Assembly: GCA_031835245.2 (NCBI GenBank)
Contig: JAVKOQ020000058.1
Coordinates: 1 to 64,000 of the forward strand
Origin: Balamuthia mandrillaris
Taxonomy: Eukaryota
Length of the DNA stretch: 64,000 bases
Direction of reading: 5' to 3'
In this document: piece by piece, positions 48,883 through 58,894 of the stretch
How positions within the stretch are numbered: position 1 is the first letter of the stretch
Layout: each line of letters begins with the position of its first letter
Program-made: the position numbers and the translations under genes
Notes under the pieces: generated by a model
The model's input: the letters and a program-made list of their open reading frames with translations, nothing else
What the model was told of the DNA's origin: nothing
The model's database searches: none

Positions 48883-49629
48883 ATGGATTTGCTGCAACGG
48901 CCGAGCCATGTCATCACGGACGTTACCGATGACACCCTGCAAGACCCTCTCATCGAACGTATTTTACAGAGAGTGCGTATTGCTCTCCTGTAGGTGCACT
49001 TTTTTTTTTTTTTTTTGTAAAGCTTATTGTGCCAATTCTTCTCATAAAAAAAGGCGTTTGTGCTCTCTGGAATCTCTGGCAGCGAAGTGCTGGTGTTGGT
49101 CTATGTCCGGGGAAGCCTTCGCTGCTTTGCCTCTCGCAAGCTGAAACCCATGTTGGATGACAAGGGAGGACGCACTATGATCGGCACTCTGCTCGTCAAG
49201 AAAGAAGAGAACAAGGAGGACAAAGACAAAGGCGACGTCGTCGAGCAAACAACAACCACAGAACAAAAAAAGGAAGAGGGAGAGAAGGAACCAGAACTAT
49301 CCGCAGAGGAAAGGGAGAAGTTTGAGAAACACAGAGAGAAACTGCTGGAAGGCTTCGAGGAGGAGGACCTGGAGAAAGTCTCCTTCATCCAACAGCCCGA
49401 CCAGAGAGAAAAGGAGTTCAAGGCTCGCCTGGCCGCCCTGATGCAAAAGCTGAGGGACATCTCCGTCCAGTCCTCCCTCCCGGACGCCCTCTACAAGGCC
49501 GAGGTCTTGCTGCTGGTCGCCACCCCATCGCACCAGGTGGCCACGATGGCCACCCCGAAGCTCAAGCCCATCATCACCACCGAGCAAGGCAAGAAGCTCA
49601 TCACCACGCTGCTCAACTCTTCCATCTGA
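48883..49629 (+). CDS. Protein with two tandem degenerate SRF-type MADS-box domains (2 exons, about 221 aa)
   Basis: Intron 48973-49053. Both halves align by eye with the SRF/Mcm1 core: ILQR|AFVLSGISGSEVLVLV...CFASRKLKPML and LMQKLRDIS...AEVLLLVA...TMATPKLKPIITTEQGKKLITTLLN. Confidence 0.75.
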
Positions 49630-49875
49630 TAAAATATCAATAATTATTTTTATCGACCACTTTTTGTCGATTATTAATCCTTTTTTTCCTCGATTATTCA
49701 ATTTTTGCCGATTATTACATATTCTAGAGGAAAAATTTACCCTTATTGGTCAAAATTTTGCGAAATATCGACAGAAAATGGATTAATAAAGAGAAAGATA
49801 TCTCTTTGGTGAACTTTGTACAGAAAATTATAAACAACAAGGAAGGAGAGAGGAAGGAGAGAGGGCACCTCTCAT

Positions 49876-50459
49876 TCAAGCCTTGCCAGCCATCTTCCTG
49901 CCCAAGTCCTTCATCCTGTCCATGAAAGACGCCAACGGCGCCGCCATGGTGTTCCAGGGCGGGGTGTTGGGTGCGCTGGGGTGAGGGTGCGTCGGGGCCA
50001 TGGGCTTCAGCGTCTCGATCAGGGAGCCCATGTCCTCCAGGTCCTGCGCTCCCATCCTCTGCTTGAGCACCTCAAAGACCTCCCCTTCCTCCTCCTCGAT
50101 GTGGTGGAGGGTCTCCTCCTTGAGCTGCTTGAAGGTGGCCATGAACTCACGGTCCCCCACCCGGTCGCTGGGCGTCTGGTCCAGCTTGTAGAGCGCGTCC
50201 TTCATTCTCTGGTGCTCCGTCAGGGAGCGGTCGGCCAGGTCGGGCTTGCCGGAGATGTTGCGGAGGGCCGGGTAGAGCACCTGCTCCTCCAACTCGGCGT
50301 GCTTGCTGAGGTTTTCCACCAGCAGCTGCAGGTGCTTGGAGATCTCGTTCTGGTCTTTGGCGTTCTCGATGCTGGAGAACAAGCGTTTGACTGGGCATGT
50401 TTGGTTGGGCGGAGTTCTTTCAGCCTAAAGAGCATGGAGAAGAAGAAGAGGAGAGAGAA

Positions 50460-50502
<43 letters not shown>

Positions 50503-50669
50503 ATCTACACAGAAACAAACCAACCTTCTTTGTGGTCATGAGTGAGGACGTCGACGGCGTTGGCGTAGCCGCGAGAAGAAGAGGCCAAAAAGGCCATGCG
50601 GTGGGGTGTGGGGGCCACCGCTGGCCTCACACAAAGCAAACTGCCTCTCTGAAGCGCTGTGCGATACAT
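49876..50669 (-). CDS. Hemerythrin-like (HHE) cation-binding protein with probable mitochondrial presequence
   Basis: DVLTHDHKE|V, HAELEEQVLYP, EHQRMK, HHIEEEE and APTHPHP. N-terminus MYRTALQRGSLLCVRP...SSRGYA. Confidence 0.88.
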
Positions 50670-51067
50670 TTCTTTTTCCTCTTTTTGTGTGTTTTATTAT
50701 TATTGCAATCTCCTTCCACAAACTCGGCTTTTTGTAGTTGGCGGAAGAAAACATGCGGAGAAGCCAAAGGCAAATGGCTCCATGGGGGGGGAAGGGGACC
50801 AGTTGTACTACTTTCGTTGTGCTTTCTCAGGAAATGAAGGCCGCGTGCCATCGACTTGCTGCTGATTTTCTTGCTGCCTTTGAATCATCAGCTCTTCACC
50901 TTTCCCTTTTTTTTTTGTCGAACAAAATGGTCGGCATAAATGCTCCAAGTTTCCGTCGACAGTAATGTGTCCGCAACAAATAAAATTCTGTCGACGACCC
51001 GCTACCTCGTAGCCGGTTCAATCGATCTATTACGTTGCAAACAGAAGGAAAGAAAAAAAAATAAAAA

Positions 51068-52689
51068 ATGCAACGAAGAACGACCACACGCCGACAAAGA
51101 CGTAGCAGCGATGCTGCGCAGGTGCTCATACGATACGAAGAAGAAGCAGAAGAGGAGGAGGAGGAAGTGGTGGTGGAGGAGGAGGAGGAGGAAGAGGGCG
51201 TGAGTGATGGTTCGGACTTTGAATGGGGACACGAAAACCGAAAACGCGCCACAACGACTGCGCCCAGACGAAGAAAAAGTTGGCCACAACAAAAGAGGCC
51301 AAAACGGAGTAGCAGCAACTCCAGGAAAACCAAAGTCAAGAAAGGAGCAGCAGAGAAGGGAGAAGAAGAAGAAGAAGAAGGAACGGCTGTGGATGAGACC
51401 CTTCTTCGGTGGGATGGTTTGGAGGGTGCAGCTGCAGCGGAGGCCCATCGGGGCGTGCATGCGGTGCTTGTGGGGCTGTATGGCAGGCCGGAGCCCCGGC
51501 AGGACCCAGAAGGAGGGAGCAGGAGCAGCGCCAATTGTTGTGGGCGCAAAGAAACGGTGTTGGAAGCGCTCATCAGCATCGTTCTCTCCCAAAACACTTC
51601 GGATCGCAACAGCAGAGCGGCTTATCGTGGCCTAAAGACCCGTTTCCCATCTCCCGCTGGCAACGAAGAAGTGAAAGAGGAAGCAAAAGGGAAGACCAGC
51701 GATGCGACCGCTAATGCCAACCAAGCAAAGAAGAAACGACTCCTCCCTGTGAAGAAGGAAAAGAAAGAGGATGGCGAAAGCGAGAACTACACAGAAACTA
51801 AAATAAAGGAAGAAGAAGAGGAGGAAGATGACAAACGGAAGGTGAAAGTGAAACAAGAAGCAAGCACAACGATCGACATGGAGGCCGTTCGCCTGAGCAA
51901 GGTGGAGGACATAGAGGACGCCATTCGTCCTGGAGGTTTGGCCAAGACAAAGGCCAGACGCATCAAAGCGTTGCTGCAGCAGATCCATGAAGAACGTGGA
52001 GGAAGTACCAGCTTGGAGTTCCTGAGGGACATGCCAACGGAGGCGTTGAAGGAGTACTTGCGGAAGTTTGATGGAGTTGGGCCAAAGACCATTTCTTGTC
52101 TATTGTTGTTCACGCTATGTCGAGACGACATGCCGGTGGTAAGTTATCCTTTCTCCTGCCGTCTATTATTCATCTGTTTTCATCGTTCCTCTTACTCCAT
52201 TATTCTTTATTTTCGTTCTTCTTCATTCCTTCTCCCACTCCTTCTCCTTTATATTACTGTTTCTATCTTCTTCGTTGTTATCAACAGGATACTCATGTGG
52301 CAAGGGTTTCTCGGCGATTGGGGTGGGTCAAACACAATTCCTCTCGAGAGGGCACCTATGAGCATCTAAACCGACACATGCCCGATGAGCTAAAATACGA
52401 CCTTCACAACCTTCTAATTGCTCATGGACGAAAGCTGTGCAGGTCGTCTAATCCTATTTGTGAGCAATGCCCTTTAAGGCAACAACATTGCTTGTATTAC
52501 AAGCACGCTATCGAAGGAAAGAACGACAACAGCTCAAGAAAAAAGTCACAAATGATACGACTGGATGAGAACTACTTCAGGTCTGCTTTGGCACAGATTG
52601 AAGAAAAGCTTGAAGACGAAGAACTGAAACGCAATAAGACCACGACCGTGAAGAAAGAGAGGATAAAACGAGAGAAGAAAGACGCATGA
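51068..52689 (+). CDS. HhH-GPD DNA glycosylase / endonuclease III-like with 4Fe-4S motif
   Basis: LISIVLSQNTSD, IRPGGLAKTKA, FDGVGPKTISC, PV|DTHVARVSRRLG and LIAHGRKLCRSSNPICEQCPLRQQHC. Confidence 0.93.
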
Positions 52690-53060
52690 TAGATAAATTT
52701 TAAGTACGTTTATCTTATCCCCTCTGTTTTTTTAGAACAAACAAAAACTTTCATTCTACACAACTGACTCACTATCGCGTTCATTCGTTAGCCCTTGTCT
52801 TTATCCTTAGCTTCAACAGTTGAAGCAAAAAACTGCGATAGAGTCGCATGCTCCTTCTTGCACCTTCTCACACGATCTTCTTTTTGTGTGGTGGTTTGAT
52901 CCCAAAATATCAGGAACAATCGTAAACTTTTGCATTTGTTATGAATTATCAGAGGATATTATCAATTTCCCATTTTTTTGATTGTTTCTTGGAAATATTT
53001 AAAATATATGAAATAAAAAAAAGCAAAAAAAAAAAATAATCGAAGGCAACACCACACAAG

Positions 53061-53163
53061 ATGAATGCACGCGAGCGGCTCAAAAAGAAAATAGCTGGCA
53101 AAGGCGGCGCTTTGAAGCAGTTTAGTTTTTTTTCTCTCTCTCTCTCTCTTTTCTGTTTGTTCT

Positions 53164-53204
<41 letters not shown>

Positions 53205-54739
53205 ATTAAACGAAGCGTAACGTTTGATGATGATGATTACAGAGCGCGAGCGCAAGACGGCAAGCAGCTTTGTGTCAAGTGCAAAAAACCGACCGCGTGC
53301 TTCTTGCCGCTCATCTCCACTGCCGCCTGCAAGAACTGCCAGAAGGAACACAAGGAGCTGCAAACCATCAGCCGCAGCGCCGCCAAGAAGGAGCTCCTCG
53401 CCACGGATGCCGTTCTCGACGAGCTGCCCTCTTCCGACAAGCCCAACCCTTACAACCCGAAAGGTGCTCCCATGAAGACCTACATGAGGTCCGTCGCTCT
53501 ATCTATCACCTCGTTTCTTTTTTATGTTTTCTTTTTGTGTTGTTGCTGTTGACTCTGTGGACCCACAAAACAGACAAGAGGTGGAAAAGGCCATGATGAG
53601 AGTGTATGGTGGACGAAAGGCTTGGAAAGCAGCTGTCCTCAAAGCCCAGTCCAAGTCTGCTTCCTCTTCTGCGTCTTCCTCCTCTTCTGCTTCCACTCCT
53701 GCCATGAAAGGTCCGACTCCGATTCTCTACTTCTCGTGCTTCTCTCTCTTCTCCCTTGGTCTCACATTCTCACTTCTCTCTCTCTCCTTTATTTTGTCTC
53801 TCATTCTCTTTCTCTATGTTTGTTTCATCCTAAACCTCTGGTTTTTAAATACAGAGGCAAATCCTCAACCAAAAGAAGTTTCGTTTTGCTCTTCCAAAGA
53901 CCGACCCTATGGCTGTTTCTCCAACTCTTCCGCCCATCCCATTACGCTCCACGACAAAGAATGGCCTACCGTGGTTTGCTCCTCTCTGCCTTCTGCCTTC
54001 TGCCTTCTTCTTTCTTGCTCTTAAAATGAAAAACAAACAAACAAACAAAAAAAAAAGGAGCATTACCTACAAGCCCAAAAGTTTGCAGGTTTACCAATGG
54101 AAGAGCAGATACGCGGTGCCATCAGCGCCAAAGAAGCAAAGAGCTTGGGATCCACCAAGGAAATCCCCAAACGTCGTGATTGGGATAGGGTCAAGGATAA
54201 CGTGCTCTATGAGGCCGTGCTGGCAAAATGCAGGCAACACAAGGACGTGTCTCGTCTTCTGCTGTCCACTGGCAATGCACCTATACACTATTGTTCTCCG
54301 GATGGTCCTTTTCATTTTGCTTCTTGCCCTTTCTCGTTTCTTTCTTCTCTTTCTCATCCTTGCCTCATCGTCAACAGATGCTTATTGGGGAAATGCAGGC
54401 GATGGGACTGGAAGAAATCAGTTGGGCAAAACGTTGGAGATAGTCAGGGGCAAGTTGAGACGAGAGGCAGAGATGAAGGCCATGAAAAAGAAGCACTCTT
54501 CTACAGGAAAGAAGAAGCGGTATCGAAGTGATGATGATGAAGAGGAGGAGGAAGAAGAAGAAAACGGCGTTGAAGGTAGCGAAGACGACGAAGCAGAATA
54601 CAGGGAACGGCAGCCACGAAAGAAAAAGCTTAAGCAGCAGCAAGACAACGGCAAAGCGAAAGAAAGCAAGCAGAAAGAGAAGGAGCAGGCAGAAAAGAAG
54701 CCAACGCTGAAGGAGTTTGACATTAGCGATGTACTGTAG
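53061..54739 (+). CDS. XPA-like Zn-finger/XPA_C domain fused to NADAR (YbiA-like) domain
   Basis: CVKC...CKNC...TISRSAAKKELL..D..L.......PNPYNPKGAPMKTYMR|QEVEK....VYGG. Then FSNSSAHPI....WPTV|EHYLQAQKF...RRDWDRVK...LLLSTG...D|DAYWG..GDGTGRNQLGKTLEIVR. K/E-rich tail with NLS-like KKKR. Confidence 0.85.
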
Positions 54740-55430
54740 CAAAAACAAAAAACAATCGCCTGCAGCCTCTCGCCTCTCTCTTTCCTCCAGTGAGAGTTAA
54801 CAGTAGGGCTGCCTTTCGACCGTCGCTTGGATGGCTTCCCAACTGGAGGAGACGGTGCGCCAACTGAGAGCGCAAGTGCACATGTTGGAAGAACCTGCGG
54901 AGTGCCCTCTCGTGGGCCCGTTCTAGCGCTAAGGAGCAAACAACAACAGAACAGTGTGAAAGGAAACTTGGTACGGTGGGATACGACGAAGAGTTTGTCT
55001 AGTTGGATGCTTCTTTCTTGCGCAGCGGCCGCTACGTTTTTCTTTCTGCAACCAAAGCTGCCACTGCTGTTTTCGATAAAAAAAAAAAAACAAAACATTA
55101 TTGATGGAAAAGGCGCATAAACACAAATAATTTTCGAAATTTAATTAACCTATTTCCCTACAAGGAAAGTCACAATCCAATGTATGATTTTCCATTGGGC
55201 AAGAGAAAAAAAGATTCCAAAAATAACGAAGCGGAGCGAAATTCCAAAAATAAAAAATAATAGGGAGGAAGCTGGGAAACTTGTTACACGAAATGTAGCA
55301 ACCAAACACCTCTCTCTCTCCCCTTGGTACACGACGAAAAACCTTTCGCTTCAGTGCCTTGCATATATATCTTTGTTTCCAGTTTGCAAGACTCTGTGCG
55401 CAGCTCACTCCCCCGGCACCAAAAACAAAC

Positions 55431-56893
55431 ATGGAGAAGAGGGAAGGAGAGAGACTGCCGGGCTACCTGAGCGACGACTTTGACTGGTGCTGCCTCCGCA
55501 TCGCCCAGCTCCAAAAGGAGACGGGCGGGGTGGCGCTGCCGCTGGTCCGCTGCCCAGAGAACGACCACTCCCATGTCACCAACTTTCGCGCCTTTTGCAA
55601 GTACGGGCTGTTGAGGAAAGTGAAAGAGATGGTCACCTGGTGGAACGAGCAAGGGAAAGATCAAACGCTGCTCTTCGGGGTTGGCAACCGTTTTGGAGAG
55701 ACCGCATTGATGCTGGCCGCCAAATACGCGCAGTTGGAAGTGGTCGACTACCTTTTGGCATTCAAAGGCAGTTGTGACCCAAACTTTAGCGCCATCACCC
55801 CACGGAGAACACGCGACCAGCTGCCCCTGACCAGCGCCTGCAAAAGCTACAGCCGTGCTTGCTTTGCCAGAAAGCAAACGCGTCACATAGAGACCGTTTT
55901 GAGCCTTTTGGAAGCAGGAGCGAGAAGCAGCGTCAACGACCCTTCGGACCTGACGCCGGCTCTTCGTGCCGCATCCTGGACGGGGTCACAGACCTTGCTG
56001 AGACTGTTGTTGTGTTATCAGGTCGCGGAGAACTCGCGGAAGAAACCTACGTTGGCGGAGGCGATGGACTGGATCGAGCAGTTAAAGGATTGTCAGGCGG
56101 TTGCTGTGCCGAAAAGTACCATGGGGAAAGAAATTTTTCGTTTGAAAGGACGAGCCCATCACGCAAGGCACCTCCTTTTAACACGAAGAAGGAGAGAAGG
56201 AAATGAAATGGAAGCAGAAGAAAACGAAGAGGAAGCTGAAGAGTTTGACGCAAACGAGGAACAAGACGAAGTGCAGAACGGCCGCTACAGAATATCACCG
56301 TTAGAGTTTGCATGCAGAGAAGGATATTGGAACGTTGTGACTGTCATGTTAGCGAAAGAGTCCATCCGAGCACGTATGCAACAGGACCAAGTCAAATGGA
56401 TCCAAAGACGTCGCCCGCATATGACCCCTTTACATTTCGCGTGTTTGTACGATATCCTCTCTCCCTCTCTCTTCTCGTTCTCTCTTGTTTTACCACTTTA
56501 TGCTTGCTTATGCTTGTTTCACCGTAGAGTTATTCTTGTTGTCGTTGTACTTCTTGTTGTTCTAGTTCTTCTTTATTCGGCGCCATGAACTGACGATTGT
56601 TGCGAAACAGAAATGACCACCTAGTAAACCAAGGCACACTTATAGAGCAGTTAGTCGAAGCAGGAGCCAGTCTTTGGATACCCAACAAAAAGGGACAGCT
56701 GCCGTTCGACCTTGCCAGCAAACCAACCACCAGGCGCATCTACCACGTGGCCATCACTTTGTGGGCTGGTTGGAGGCGGAGCTGGGAGGACCCAGAGACA
56801 CACCCCGATTGCCCTTTGGGCATGCTGCCAAGAGAGATGGTAGCCCTCATCCTCGGTGCAGCACTGCGAATGGAGCACCACCACAAGTTTTGA
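55431..56893 (+). CDS. Ankyrin repeat protein with C-terminal F-box-like motif
   Basis: GETALMLAAKYAQLEVVDYLL, SPLEFACREGY, TPLHFAC and NKKGQLPFDLA. Ends LGMLPREMVALILGAAL. Confidence 0.82.
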
Positions 56894-57035
56894 GAGTCCT
56901 ACTATCCTTTGTACACACACACACACACACACCTCTAGCTATTTGCTTTAAAAGAAAAGAAAGTAAAGTTGTTTTTTTTTTTTCAGTTTTCTTGAAAACA
57001 CATAGGGAAACAAAAACTGGCTGCAACAACAGAAG

Positions 57036-58664
57036 ATGAAAGCAGCAGCAGCAGCACCAAGAGTGGGCATCATAGGCACCGGTTGGGGCCTCCAGGTAGG
57101 CCTTTATTCTATTCACCACCCCCAACTGTTGTGTTTTATTTTTTTAAAAAAAAAACCACCACTTTTACTGTGCTTTGGTGACCGACCAAACAACAACACA
57201 AACCACCATCACCATCACCACCAAGGTTCAAGTACCAGCCTTTCGAGCTGCTGGATGGCAAGTGACCGCCTTGTGCGGTCGTGGCAAGGAGAAAACGGCA
57301 GAGCTGGCCCAGAAGAACAACATCCCTTTCTACACTTGCGACCCTGAGGAACTCATTCGCCATGAAAACGTTGTTTAAAAAAAAAACCACACCCCCACCT
57401 GCTGCTTTGGTTGCTTTCTTTCCCTGACGCAAAGTGTTGATTTGTGCAGGTCGACTTGGTGAGTGTGGTGTACCCTCCCAACGCTCACGCGGAGCTGTCC
57501 ATGGCCGCTCTCAAAGCTGGCAAGCATGTGCTTTGCGACAAACCCACCGCACTAAACGCCAAAGAAGCTGAGCTCATGTTTGAGACCGCGAAGGTTTGTG
57601 TTTCTTCCGGCTCAACATAATGCCACCTGCCTTTCTTGCTTCTTGCTTCTTGCTTCGTTCTTCGTTCTTCGTTCTCCTTTCTCCTTCCTTCTTCTCCTTC
57701 AGCTTCTTCATTTTCGTCTCGTCTCCTTCGTTCTTCGTTCTTCGTTCTTCTTGTCATTGCTCTTGTCCTTGCTCTTCTCCGTCATCTTCTTTTTATACTT
57801 CGATTCTTTCTTTCTGATCACACCACATTACAGGCCCATCCAAGCCAACTCTCCCTCATCGACCACGAGCTCCGCTTCCTCCCCAGCCTCCGTCGCGCTC
57901 GACAGGTCATCCAAAGCAAGCAGCTAGGCGCCGTCAAACACGTCCACTGCGAGTTCTTCAGCTTCCTGAACGTCAACCCGGCGTGGCACTGGTGGTGGGA
58001 CCGAGAGTTGGGAGGAGGCTTGATGGGTGCCATTGCCTCTCATATCATCGACAATGTCTCTTGGGTGCTCGGTCATAGAGCCAAAGCCGTCAACGCTCAC
58101 CTTCGTACTCTTGTTAAGCACCGTGGTGACTCTTCCTCTGCCGAACAACTGGACCACGAAGTAACGGCAGATGACTCTGGAGCTCTCCATTTGAGGTTCG
58201 AGGATGACCTCCGTTGTGACATCTCGTTGGAAATGTATGCCACTGGAGCAGCTCCCAAGAGGAAGAAGGAATGTAGATTCATCTGCGAAGGAGGAGTGCT
58301 GTACTTTGACATCGACTCTGGCGTGTTGGAAGGCTACTTGAATGCTATGCCTGGCTTCAAGCCCAGCGCTTCTTTAGGAGAAGGACTTTCTCACAGCGAT
58401 CCTTTCCTGCGAGTGGAACTGAACGAAGAGGCGGATGAAGGGGAAGAAGCAAAGAAGAAGGTGGAGATACCAGAGGCTGTGTCACCGAATCCGTTCAGCT
58501 ATGGAACGTGGAGGATGGCGCTTGCACTGAGGAAAGCTCTCGAGGAGGCCTCCTCGCTGGAGGACGCAGCCACCTTTGCGGATGGGCTGTACGTGCAGAG
58601 GGTGTTGGATGCTGCTCGTCGCAGCAGCGACCAGGGAAGCGTTTGGGTGAACATCGACCACTAA
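57036..58664 (+). CDS. Gfo/Idh/MocA family NAD(P)-dependent oxidoreductase
   Basis: VGIIGTGWG, PPNAHAE...ALKAGKHVLCDKP, DHELRFLP, GGGLMGAIASHIID and ATFADGL. Confidence 0.93.
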
Positions 58665-58894
58665 ACCCAACCCTCTCGAAGAGCATGTTTCCTGCGCGAG
58701 AGGCCATACAGTAGGTAACACAGCAACGCAAAAGAATTTAGGAAAAGTTCACAAAAGAAAGAGGAGAATGAATGAGCACTGGAGAAAGAAAAAAGAACGA
58801 GGAGAGAGAAAACTCCTTTTTTTTTTTCATCTTCTGAGAGAATGACCAACACAGAAACCCCTCCGTTTTCTCTTGCTCTTTGTTTTTTGCCAGA

